This document shows, piece by piece, positions 50,551 to 62,939 of a stretch of 64,000 bases of DNA. Each line of letters opens with the position of its first letter. Position 1 is the first letter of the stretch. The stretch is from Lama guanicoe (lineage: Eukaryota): contig MU054338.1 in NCBI GenBank assembly GCA_013239625.1, positions 6,984,724 through 7,048,723 on the forward strand. Reading direction: 5' to 3'. The position numbers and the translations under genes are program-made. The notes under the pieces are model-generated. The model had not been told where the DNA came from. It saw only the letters and a program-made list of their open reading frames with translations, and searched no databases.

Positions 50551-51325
50551 AAGAAGTAAAAAGAATAATAAATCGTGAATAAGTAATTCCTGCTCTGGGA
50601 ATAAAACTCTTATCTGGTTAAATCTAGGATGTTTGCTAACATAATTCATCTCAAAAATAGGTAAATGAAGAGTAATCATAACCATAATCACACTCAAAAA
50701 TTCATTTGAGAAAATGTAAGTCATCACTGGTGAGCAGCCAGGAGAGAGCCTCTTGCTAAATAAAGAAAATAAAGACAATTTCTTAACCCAGTGAAGGTTA
50801 GGTATTTTAAAACTGCAACCAAAGGATATTCTGCATGAAAACACTAAAATATTTGCATTAACTTCATGAACAGGACAAGACTGTCTACTCCAACTTCAGT
50901 CACTCCATATTCTCTGAAACACTGAAAGAGAAAGCTAAAATGAGAAAATGATTTTAGCCTGGGTACCAAACGTCAAAAATAATTACATTGTTTGAAAACA
51001 AATTTCTTCCGTATAGCACAGGGAACTATATTCAACATTTTGTAATAACCTTTAATGAAAAAGAATGTAAAGATGAATATATGTATATATATGCATGGCT
51101 GGGACAGTGTGCTGTACACCAGAAATTGACACATTGTAACTGACTACTTCAATTTTTTAAAAAATTCAAGAAAATAAATAAATAATTACATTGTAGATGA
51201 TATTGTAGATACAATACGGTGGATAAGATGAAACAGCAACTTCAGTATAGAGATATTAGGTCCTATTAGTAAGGTGAATCTGCCAACAAAAAGTAGTTAG
51301 GGAATCGAATAGAAAAATCCAGTCA

Positions 51326-51445
51326 AGGGGAGGGCATAGCTCAAGTGGTAGAGCCATGCTTAGCATTCACAAGGTCCTCGGTTCAATCCCCAGTACCTCC
51401 TCCAAAAATAAATAAACCCAACTACATCCCCCTCAAAAAAAAGAG
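51326..51445 (+). mobile_element. Camelid SINE
   Basis: SINE body; AGAAAAATCCA(G/A)TCA flanks. Confidence 0.85.
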
Positions 51446-51799
51446 AATAAAAAAGAAAAATCCAATCACACGAGGAACAAAATAGAGAATAAGAATACCT
51501 TATGCATAGCAAATCTCCAGTGAGTAGTTGATAAATAAATGATTGCACAGTGGAAATCTTAAGAGGAGCCTACAATTATGGGAAAGTTTAGAGAAGAGGT
51601 GGAGACTCTTTGGGAAATAACTCTTACTGGAGAGAGGCTTTAGATTCCAAAAAGAGAAACGGGACTGGTTTCAGTAGAAATGAAAGTACTTGCAGACTAT
51701 ACAGACTTCACCATCATGGACTAAATAAATACTGGGCTATTCTAGTCTCACTGTTCTAGAGGTAGAGCCCAGTACCCACTTTCTTTTTCTTCCTACTCC

Positions 51800-52125
51800 A
51801 CGAGCCTTTCCTGGGACACAGTCTCCTGTAGTTATCACTGAATCTTTCTCTTCTCTGCACTGTGTCCTGGAGAAGCCCATTTGGGTTTGCACCGAGGCTG
51901 GGGTAAGAAAATTATAGGAAATGGGCAACAGGGACATGTTATTATCATTGCAAGGGTTGAATTCTCAGGGCTCCTCATTAAATAAATGGTTCTAGTAACT
52001 TTCCTCTCTCCAAACAACTCAGCTCCCTTGAGATACAAAGATAAGAGAGTGGAAAATTTTCAGCCAGAGTTGCGTATGTGTAGGCAACAGTGGGGGAAGA
52101 AGTTATATTCTCCCAGGAGAAATTC
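51800..52125 (-). promoter_or_regulatory. Candidate olfactory receptor promoter (O/E and homeodomain sites)
   Basis: O/E-like TTCCTGGGA 51808, TCTCAGGG 51963, TCCCTTGAG 52024 and TCCCAGGAGA 52111; TAATGA on the minus strand at 51975-51980; 2.3-2.6 kb upstream of the OR ATG. Confidence 0.4.
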
Positions 52126-54238
52126 TTCTATCTTTGGTTTGACTCAAAAGTGACAAGAATGATTGTCACTCGAAGGAATGATTAGTTTCTGTGTGAACCA
52201 AAACATGGGAGCCTTTGCTGATATTAGGGAGGGCTCCATGTCTTACCTCTAAATGGGGGGCAAGGGCCGCAATAATCCAGGTAGACTGAATTGAAGATGG
52301 AGTATTGAGAAAATACATGTGGCAAATGTAAATCACCTGTAAAGTTTGTCAGGGTAGGGGAAGCCAGAGGTAAGATACAGCCTTCAGGGAGTTCAAATAT
52401 GAGAGAGTTAGACCCACAATTTTATGGAAGGTATGAGAACACATTTAATTTCAAAGAGGATGATAATATTTAGTGCAGGCATTTGAATACACAGGAATTT
52501 CTGGGTATACAACTCGCAAGAGGCATTATACCCTCTCAGCCAATGACAGTCACAGTGTGCTGTATCTCCAATTTGTAGGATGTGGTCCCAGGATTGGAAG
52601 TAGAAGTGATCCTGTTAAGTCATGCCCAGTAAGCCATGTGGGAGTTTGTGCTCCAGGTCTCCACATTTCTGGCCTCTGCAGGTTTGGAGGTCTTGACAGC
52701 TAAAGAGACAACAGTTCCAGAGACACGGCCAAAGCCCCACGGAGCTTCTAGCTGTGCTACTGCCTGACATTTCAGGATCTTTGTGCCAAGAATAGGAATC
52801 ATCCTGCATACTTGGTGAGCAGTGTCACCGTGTGCCCGTGGGAGTGGGCACACTGGTCCCATGCTGCGCTCAGTCAGCAGCACGGAACAGGAGCAACCTG
52901 AGGGCAAACACAGTGGTGGATACACAGTGATGGCTGTTAGTCACTTAGGCTCCCACAGCTAGAGATCAGAGTGGTGTGACATTGGGTGAGGCTGGTTCCT
53001 TTAGCTGAGGGCAGTTCTCAGGGCTGAAGGCTCAGGGCTGTCACATGGCTGTACTTCCTGCACCTGAAAAATAAGCCTTTAACTGAAGAGCTAAGTGGGC
53101 AACACAGCACAAGATTCCCTACTTTCCACCTGGTTGGCTGTTTGGATTGTGATTTGCAACAACAATGGACTGTGTCTCATGAGAGCTTGCTCCTGATGTA
53201 TGGGGGTCAGGAGTTGGGAGGACCTTTTCTTAGGAAGTGAGAGCCACACTGAGAACTGAAGCGTCGTGAGTAAGGCTCAGCCGAGCATAATCTTGTCTTT
53301 CTGACCTCCTCCTCTATAAAACCGCAATTCTTTCTAGCACTACTGCCATTAAGAGAGAACACTGGACCAACATATGCCACTGCCAAGTGCAAGTTATTAG
53401 TGGGGTGTTTCACAGGGACATCAAACCAAACCTTTCCAAGGTCAAACTCACATCTTTTCTTCTTTCCTTCCTTCTCCAAACATGTTACATCAGAGAGAGT
53501 AACACCATAGATGATGTGAACAGATCCACAGGTGGAATTATCCTAAATGGTTAAGTAATAACAACAGTCTGTTAAAATAGTTTTCCTAATTAGTCTTTAC
53601 TTTTATGTTGGTATTTATCACGAAGTCTAGTTTTACCATTTACTTATATATTAAAATAAGAATAGATTCTTTCTCCCAGTAGAATGTACCCGCTATGAAA
53701 TTTGGGCTTTTATTTTTGGCCAAACTTCATACCAGTACCTAGAAGGTAATAATAAATATTTAAGGGCACAAGTCAGTCAATCACACCATTGCTATTACTA
53801 GAATTAGAAATAAACTAGTTCCAGCTTCTGGGAAAAAATAAGTAGAAAAAATAGAAAAAAAATAAACTTGGAGCACAGACATGTTTCAATTTTTCCTCTT
53901 CCTTTCTAGTGTTTGCCAGATACTAAACATCACCTACACAAATTGAACATTTGTAAATATCATAAATTTATATAATGAATTCTCCCATGTTACTGCCTGT
54001 AATCTGTTAATTTCAGCATGTCTTGTTTGCCATATAACTTTAAAGAATATGTAAATTATAGGTAATTTTTCTCTTTAAGGAAACATTCCAGATGTAATAG
54101 TGTAAATACTGGAATTTAAGAAGAAATAAAACTATGGTCAAGCATCAGGTCCCTCTTTTTCCTCTCTTTCAACATGCTTCCTGTATGATTAATAAAATGG
54201 AATAGTTACAGAGGGTGTATGACACACATCTCAGGTAC

Positions 54239-54631
54239 TGTTATGGACTGAATTGTTCACTCAGAATTCATATGTTGATGTCTAATCCTCGGTGTCTCAG
54301 AATGTGCCTTTAAAGACAGAAAGTGCCTTAAAAGAGGTAATTAATTTAAAGTGAGGTCATTAGGGTGGACCTAATTCAATCTCACTGGTAGCATAAGAAG
54401 AAGAAGAAACTGGAAACACAGAAACCAGGGCACACCTGCAAAGAGGTCCATGTGAAGAGGCAGCAAGAGGGTGGCCATCCTCAATCCAAGGAGACAGATC
54501 TGAGAGGAAACCAAGCCTGCTGGCACCTTGATCTTGAACATCCAGCCTCCAGGACTGGGAGAAAATTAATTTCCTTTGTTTAAGTCTCCCAGCCTGGTAT
54601 TTTGTTAAGGCAGCACCAGCAAATTAATACA
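54239..54631 (+). mobile_element. MaLR LTR (MLT1A/B-like)
   Basis: TGTTATGGACTGAAT...gtgaggtcattagggtgg...cttgatctt...ccagcctccag...TAATACA. Confidence 0.8.
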
Positions 54632-55059
54632 GGCATCAATTCAAAAATCCTCTTGCCCCATCTTTTACTCCAGCCACGTCTACTGTATTTATTTCAGTGG
54701 AAGCTGTGACAAGCTTTGCCTAGTTCCAGTTGGACAGCACCTTGCCACAAGACCATGCCACATGCCTCCTGCTTCCTGCCCTGAAGCTTCTCTGATACCA
54801 CAATATGGGACACCTGAGGGAATCTGCTCTGAATTCAGACTTGTGCAACTCAGAAATAAGGGATGCTAATCTCTCTAGGAACACCTTTGGCCCACAGAAG
54901 ACGTGAGCTGATGTCTTTTCATCTACTGAGCAGACCGTTCTGAGACTCATACCTGACGGACCTCAGAAGGATTTGGTGGAATTGAGCAGCAGTCACCCAC
55001 AAAGGAAACAAAATGATAATGAGTACTTAGATTGGTCTGGCTTTTCTTCCTTCTCAGAA

Positions 55060-55215
55060 GGATAATAATAGGATATATATATATATATATAATAATAATA
55101 GGATAATATATATATATATAATAATAATAGGATATATATATATACACACACACACACATATAATTTATTATCTATTTTATATATTATATAATAACAAATA
55201 TATATATATATATCT
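55060..55215. repeat. Compound (TA)n/(CA)n microsatellite with ATAATAATAGGAT units
   Basis: Directly visible. Confidence 0.85.
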
Positions 55216-55490
55216 GCAGAAAAGGATATACATGAATTTTCACAGCAGCGTTACTCATAATATCCACAAAGTGGAAACAACCCAAATGTTCATCACCTGC
55301 TGAATAAATTAATATATTCATACTATGGAATATCATTCTGCAATACAAAGGAATGATATGCTGAAATACATATGAACCTTGAAAAAATATACTAAGTGAA
55401 AAAAATTGACAGGATTTTATGATTTAATTTACATGAAATGTCTGAAAAGGCAAATCTATACATACAGAAAGTAGAATCATGGCAACTTGA

Positions 55491-55907
55491 TTTTTTTTTT
55501 TTTGCTTTAGTGCAGGTGTCTTTATTTTACCGATACTTTATAAAAGGGTTTTTCCAGGGATAGAAAAAAAATGGGGAAAGAAGAACTTGGCCAAGTGTTT
55601 AGTGCATTAGATCTCCCTTCTAGGTGGCAAAATCCCTTTCTCTGACTATGGTGGATTTACGATGCACTTGGAAGTCAAAGCCTCTGTGGGAAATTTTGCA
55701 TACACTGAGCTCTTTGTGTAAAGAATTATGTTGTCCTCTCCTGGTTTTATTTCCTTTGTGTTTCCCCTCCAACTTCATCTCACTTATTTCCTTGCCCTTT
55801 TTAAGAAAAGAAAAAAAGTCCAATAATATTCATTTGCATTTCTTCCCAATATGGGGGAGAAAACCAATGGCCAGGAGTCTGTGAGTCTGGTCATCTTTGC
55901 TGCCACC
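55491..55907 (-). pseudogene. Retroposed mRNA 3'UTR fragment (source unknown)
   Basis: Poly-A (T13 at 55491-55503), AATAAA at 55521-55526 on minus, TSD CTTGATTTTT at 55486-55495 and 55908-55917. Confidence 0.7.
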
Positions 55908-56989
55908 CTTGATTTTTAAAGGTGTAGGAAAATGGGGTTATAGCAACTAAAGGATCTTTTATAATGGAACCAAAATTCCATTATATTGTTTACCACTAAC
56001 TAATAAAATAATGTAAAACTTGTTATCAAAAGAGTCTGATACAGGTGTAAGTAAATATTACTGCACAGAAGAGTCTAAAACCTGGGACAGGTGTATTAGG
56101 AATATACTATTTAATAAAGGTGGAATTTCAAATAAGTATGTCAAAGATAGTTTATCAATAATTGATACAACAATTCGCCATCTTTCTGGAGGAAAAAATC
56201 GTACCCACTACCCCACACCACATGCCAAAAATACATTCTTTGAGGACTAAAGATTAAAATGTCAGTAAAAATAATAAATTTTAGAAGAAAATTAGGAAAT
56301 CTGTATGCAACCTAGAGTTTCAAGAGATTTTTTAAGGCAAGTCAGGAAACCCAGAAATTACTTTTTAAAAAAAAGAGTCCTTTGGCTACATAAGAAGTGA
56401 ATATTTTATACACAACAGATGAAACATTAACACAACAAAACAATTATCAATTTAATAGATGCATAAAACATTTGATAATGCACATAAACAATTTTGGTAA
56501 AATGTGCTAATAAACAGGATTTTAAAAGACTTCCATAAACTCCTTTGTGGCCACTCACTGAAATATACAGCCAACATGATAACAGAAAATTTAAACTATT
56601 CCTAAATGAGTGAAGAATGCCTGGTAACAGTGCTGTTTCTCAGCGTAACATGGGAGGTCCTGACAGTATGGTAAGATAGGAAAAATAAAAAACAAATACA
56701 TACTTGAAGAGGGAAGGCAAACACGAAGATTACAGAAAAAATGTTACTACTTTGAATATGCAAAGAAATCAGTGATTAGAGTTCCGTATGCTGTCCAATG
56801 TAAATAAAAAGAAATAAGGCGAAATAAAGGTTAAATGCAGGATTGATTGAATGGAGGAGACCATCTCATGGATTGGCAGGCTTATCAGAATGGGAGAATC
56901 AACTCCAAGGGCTCCAGGAAGTGAGGACTAGCAGGTAGATGAGCTTTGATGAGCCTCTGGTGGGGTGAGTACCACCCCCAGCCTCTCCT

Positions 56990-57650
56990 TTCCGACCTCT
57001 AAACCCGGAACTGGGCCTCGTCCCGCCTCCAACACCGTTTCCGGGCGTGGGCCCCGCCCACAGGTCTGGTTCCCACCTCAACGGCAAGGGCTGGACCTGT
57101 TTTCTGTCCCCAGATCCCGCACTAAGCTGACTCTAAGGCCCTTCAGCTCTAAAGCGGGGAGATAGTTCGTGTTTCCTCCTGCAATGACCGAACTTGGCTG
57201 ACAGCCCTAGCCCCGGACCCCCGTCCTCTGCGGCCGAGGCAGGAAGCCGAAGTGACGTGAAGGACCCGAGGCGGTCTTTTTGTCCCGGGCTCTCTGTCTG
57301 GCGGAGGGGGTCACGTTGGTCTCCTGCGGTTTAGCGTGTCCTTGGCGGGGCCCGCGACAAGGGAGGGCTCTGGGACGCACGGAGCGCGCGAAAGGCCGGC
57401 TTAGGGAGGCCTCGTCCCTCCGCTCGCGGCCGGCGGGACCTCAGTTCCGGGGTTCAGCCGGGTCAGGAGTGAGGTTAAGAGCGCGTCTGCGGGGTGCTTT
57501 CCTCTTTGTTTCCGTGTTCAGAAGCCCCCGTGGTGACCTTTGTGACTTCAGCCCCGGAGGACATGCATTTCCGCTGTTCTGTCAGGTTGCTCCGGCCTCT
57601 GCGCCTTCAGGTTATCGCGAACGTAGGCTTCCTGCCGTGTTCCTGTGAGT
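56990..57650 (+). promoter_or_regulatory. CpG promoter of a fourth ZNF gene (coding exons not seen in window)
   Basis: CpG-rich paralogue of 41800-42330; GAAGTGACGTGA ~57249-57260; candidate donor CCT|GTGAGT at 57645. Confidence 0.65.
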
Positions 57651-57679
57651 CTGAGGTGTGGGCTTGAGAAATGGGAAGC

Positions 57680-58100
57680 AGAACGTTAAGAGCTGTGTGC
57701 TGAGTTTATTCAGTGCCTTACTGAGGGCTGTAGCCTAGGAGTCAGGCTCTGGGAAAGCTCAGAAACTTCTGAAGAGGTAAGGCGGGGAATGCCAGTGTGT
57801 ACGGGATTTTGGAGGTGTATGTGTAATCAAGCACACGTCTCGGCACACGGTTGCTGCTAGTCACGTGGAATAGATACCTTAGTTAATGCTTTTAGTGTGT
57901 TTCTAAGTATGGAAAGATGGGAGAATTGGGGTTCATAAAATTTTCTTCTGAAACTGTCTGAAGGCATGTACTGCCAGTTTTCCCGGAGCACAGAGTGCCT
58001 CATCCCTGAACTGGATGGATTCTAAATTCCTTTCAGGATGTGGGAAGGGCAGCTGCTGCAGTGGCCAGTGACTCAGTCCTTGTAGAAGCAGATGGTTCTG
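57680..58100 (-). mobile_element. ERV LTR (same family as 2301-2770)
   Basis: gagctgtg..tactgagg..tctgaaggc..ctgccagtttt..agcacaga..cctgaac..tcctttcag shared. Confidence 0.65.
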
Positions 58101-58444
58101 AGAATTCATCCTCATCTTCTCATGTCTTTAGTTTTGAACAGTACATACAGGTAGAAAGATGAGATGCTTTCTTAAGTATCAAGAGTGTTAATTTTATGTA
58201 TATAAATATAAATGAATGTAGACCACAAGTCTTTCATCTAAAGAAAAGCAAGAATACTCAGCCATATGGTTGTCTGAATTTAAGCTGGTGTATCCCCACA
58301 GAGTCAAAACAGGGGTCTCAAGGAGAAAAAGATGAAGGATTTATACCACTGGTTCTAGAATAGTTGAGATTACCATTAACAGGATTTGTCTGCACTACAC
58401 GTGGCCCCCTGTCTCACCTACCCCCATTTTTCTTTCATAAAATC

Positions 58445-58977
58445 TTTTTTTTCCCCAGGACAAACAGGATCATTTTATTCTCATTTGTCCTTAAAAGAAA
58501 GATACAGTCGAAATTTTACAGTTCAGTAGGATTAGACATGATTTATAATTTTAACATTTTTTAAACAACGACTACAGAAGCAAAGGACTAGTATAAATGA
58601 TAAAACTACTAGAGCAAAGAGAAACTAGCATTCCGATCAAAGCATGTGCCACAGCTAAACTTTCTTGGAAGGGATTTGTGGAAAGCCTTTAATTTCAATT
58701 ATCTGAACTATTTCTGTAACCACCATATACATGCCTTCACCAACTTGTTAATCAAATGCTTTCTAAATTTAGGAACCAGTGACCAAGTGGCCTGAAACGC
58801 TTGTCTTGAATCTGTTTTTCTTACTAACAATTATTAATATTTCAAGAAAAAATATTTTCTAAGCACAAAAGTTTTCTAAAAACTTCAGTTACCCTTTCTG
58901 GCTCAGTACCTAACTGAAATTTTCAAAAGATTATATTGCACACAAAAAAATTGGAGCAGCATACTCTGTGTGTATGA
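58445..58977 (-). pseudogene. Retroposed mRNA 3'UTR fragment (source unknown)
   Basis: T-run 58445-58452, AATAAA (minus) at 58474-58479, TSD TTTC(A/G)TAAAATCTT at 58433-58446 and 58978-58991; absent from paralogue A. Confidence 0.75.
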
Positions 58978-60260
58978 TTTCGTAAAATCTTAAACCTAAA
59001 GTAAATCCGAACATCCAGTACAATGAATGTTCGTTGTAGCAGATTCACTTATTTTTAGCATTTTGCATGTTTGCTCTCTCCTTAAAAACATAAGCACATT
59101 TTTATGGTGAACTGTTTGAGAGTGAGTAAATTGAAAATAAATGCATACATGCTATTTGACCTTTAAATGCTTGGCAATGCAGCTTTTAAAGAGAAGGATA
59201 TTGTCCTACTAAAGCCATAATACTCTTTTGCCCACAAAAATTAAAGATAATGTAGTCTAATATCTACTACTGTAAAAACTAAACTGCTCCATGTTATTCC
59301 AAAATGTGTTTTTGGATCTAGAACTCAGTCAAAGTGTATATGTGGTGATTGTTCATATTTTTTACTTTTTTTTAATACTGGATCTGTCCAAATTGTTTGT
59401 CCAATATATTGACCTTTTGAAGAGTTACACTCATTCTGATAGAAAGTCACACATTTTGATAGTTCTGATTTTATATTTCGGGGTTTTTAGATGTTTCCTC
59501 TATGTCTTGTATTTCTTGTGAAACACAGTTGAGTCCAGAGCAGAGGTTGGCAAACCTTTTGTCTGAAAAGGTCCAGGTAGTAAGTACTTGATGCTTGGCC
59601 TAAGGTATGGAATTACTCAGCTCTGCCTTTGTAGTGGGTGAGCAGCCATAGGCATAAGGAAACAAATGTGCTCCAAGGAAATTTTGCTTACAAAAACTGG
59701 CCTGTGACCAAAGTGTGGCAACTCCTGGTGTAAAGGCTTCAAAGTATCTTCAGAATATATTGAGGGTGATGTGTACATCAGATTGCATTCCATCAAGAAC
59801 ATATGCTATCCCTTGATTAGTGATGCTAAATTTGATTACTTGCTTAAGGTAGTGGTAGTGATCACTAGAGCAATCTTTTAAAGATAGACTTTTCTTTTTG
59901 AGGGAAAAAATCATACATGGATGATACTTTGGTGCTCAGAATATAGTGTTCCTGAGCAACCTTTGTAACAGTTGCCTTTTAGCATCTGTTGTATTGTGCA
60001 CAGACATCTTATATGAGCCTTATGTGATTTTTTATGTTATAATTCTGTTTCTGTGTCTTTTAAAATTTGTGTGTACTATAGTGGAACATTTTTGAGGGGA
60101 ATGTCATATTGTTTGGCAATCCACAAATGATCATTGAATTCTGTTAGTGAGTTAGGCTGTGTGTCAGGGACAGAGCGACAGTGGCCACCAAAACAGACAT
60201 AGCACTGCACCATGGGCTTACTGTGTCTATCTGGGAATACATACTTAAAATGAAAACTGG

Positions 60261-60385
60261 AGGAGGAGGGTATTGCATGGTGGTAGAATACATGCTTAGT
60301 ATGCATGAGGCCCTGGGTTCAACCCCCAGTACTCCCATTTAAATAAATAAATAAATAAACCTAATCACCTTCCCCTAAAAAAATT
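60261..60385 (+). mobile_element. Camelid SINE with TSD
   Basis: AAAATGAAAACTGG flanks both sides. Confidence 0.85.
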
Positions 60386-62939
60386 TTTTTTTAAAGAAGA
60401 ATTAAAAAAAATGAAAACTGGCAATTTTCTGATACGGACAATTGTCTTGCTCTGAGGTGGTAATACATCCTGCGAGGGGTTGATAACTTAAGTTGTGAAG
60501 CAAAGCATGAGTAGATTTACCTACTCAGGTCATTGAGCTGGAGTGAGGATTTGCAGATTGAGGAGAGAATTATATGTGAAGGGCACTTCATAAGCAAAAT
60601 ATAGTGTAGTTGAGAGCTTTTTTTCTTTTTTTCTTTTTTCTTCCTTCTTTCTCTTTTCTTTTCCCTTTTCTCTTCTCTTTTCTTTTTAACTGAGAAAGAG
60701 GGTTGGCAGAAGAACCAAGAGTGGTGGCAGAGTGGAGAGCAGGGACAGGACCAGGAGTGAGATTCTCGAGACAACATTCAAAGGCCAAGGAAACTTCTGA
60801 AACGTTTTAAGCAGGAAAGTGACTTGAGTTCATTTACAACTTATATAGAACCTGATAACTCCTACTTTTGGAGAGGACTTTCCGAAAGATGAGAGTGAAG
60901 GCATGGAGTCAGGATAGAATCTCCCGCTGAATAACTTTTCGAATAGAATCACAGTAACACAGGTGTCACGATTGTTATGGAAAAGAAAATAAATGAAATG
61001 ATTTGAGAGTTTTGTAGATGGCAGAAGTCAAAGAATCCGGGCATTTACTTCATCTATTTATTTACTACAGGATATACCCCCCCCCATTAATGAATGCTTG
61101 ATTAGTGCTTAGTGAAAACCTTCAGTCCAGGGCTGATTTTAGGGTGGCTGTTAACTTTTGGAGGAGATAGACATCTATCTCAGAAAATGAATGTATTATT
61201 AAAATGTATTCGGCTTCTGGAGCTAAAGTTGAGGGTGTTATTATTTCCTCTGTGCTTATATGGGAGTAGTTGAAGGTAATAAAAGTGATATTTAAGTCAT
61301 AAACAGACAAGGCGAAGGAGTCAGCCATGCTGGAAGTGGAAGGTGGGGAAAGTGTTCCATATTTGGGTGAATACCTTTCTAGGGTGGGGGCTGCACCAAG
61401 GATTACTTCCAGATTTGACAATAGAGACATTTTATTTGATTGGGGAAAATGCTGAGGGAGGAATCTAATCTCCAGTGTATAACTGGCAAGAAAAACAAGT
61501 ACTATCTTCCAAATGCTGTGAATCAAGAGAAAGTATGTGTTTTAATTTTATGAACAGCAAGTTCATTCAAGAATTTAATGAGAATCAGTGACTGAGCATT
61601 GAAAAATATCGTCTCCATGAAAATATACTTTATCATCAATCTGAGCAAATGCTTATCTTTCTAAGTGTATAGTGGTTTTGAGATTCCTTTTCCTCCTCCG
61701 AAGAGGCCTCTGATTCCCTAAAGGATCATCCAGAGTAACCAGTCCTGTTTGACTCCTGATAGACACTGATGTAACTAGGGGACTGGAGTCAGTCCATAGG
61801 TAAATGATGGCGGTCAGAAAGCACTGAAGTGTCCACAGGAGTTGGTAATACCCATAGCGCCCTGTGTATTTACCACTTCCGGGTCCCCGTGAAGGAGATG
61901 TGACATAGTGAAGTAACTGATGAAGTTTCTGAAGATAAAGTTGATGAGGATCGGCCTATACTGTTGGTTGGGGAGTTCACTGGAAGAACAATTTAAAACA
62001 CATCGGAAAACAATTAAAAATTTTCACATACGCCTGCACATGTGTATCCATATGAAAATAAAGACTTTTCATTCCAGTGTTACCTGAAGATCCTTAAGTG
62101 GGGAACACCTAAGATGTGGATTAACAGAAGGCTGGATAAACTATGGTTTACTTATACTATTGGAAAAATCTGAGGCAAATGGAAGGAATAAATCAAAGGC
62201 AGAGGCAGCAGTGTGTATAAACTTCACAGACATAATGATGAGTGAAAGAAGCCAGACACAGAGCATGGCCCTCGAATGCAGACTTCAGAAGGGAAGGTGT
62301 ATTTATCTATTACTGCCTAACACATTACACAAAATTATGAGCCTTAAAACAGCACACATTTATCTCACAGTTTCTTTGAATCAGGAGTCCAGAGAGAACT
62401 TAGGAAGGTGCCCTATTCGGGTTCCCACCGGGCTGCATGAGGCCTTGGTTGAGTTGCTTTCTTATCATGCTTAATTAGGGGAACTTAACTAGCACTTAAC
62501 CAGGGAAGATAACTCGTTTCTATAGTCACTTGGGTAATTTGCAAAATTCATTTCTTCACTGCTGTAGAATAACTTGCTGGTGCCAGCTTGAGGCCCCCCT
62601 TGGCTCCTAAAGGCTGCATGTAGCTTTTTTTCCACATGGTCACATATGTCATTAAGCCAGCTAGCAGAGGATCTGATTTCAGTTTATTATAGATTGTCCG
62701 GTTTGTTGACCTATAACTGTTCACAGTATTCTTTTAAATGATTATTTGTGTCTCTATAATGTCAGCTGTAATATCTCTTCTTTAATTTCTTATTTTGTTT
62801 ATTTGGTCCTCTCCCTCTTTCTATTAATAAGCTGGGCTAAAGCCTTATCAGTTTTATTTATGTTTTTGGAAGCCCTTGTCTTGGTTTCGCCAGTATTTTC
62901 TATTGTGGGGTTCCTTTTTTGTGTGTGAGAGGGGTCTCT

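Larger units (their letters stand above)
56640..59700 (+). repeat. Segmental duplicate copy B of the ZNF promoter block
   Basis: Collinear with 41465-44080, e.g. tgtccaatgtaaataaaaagaaataagg and gttcgttgtag.agattcacttatt. Confidence 0.8.
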
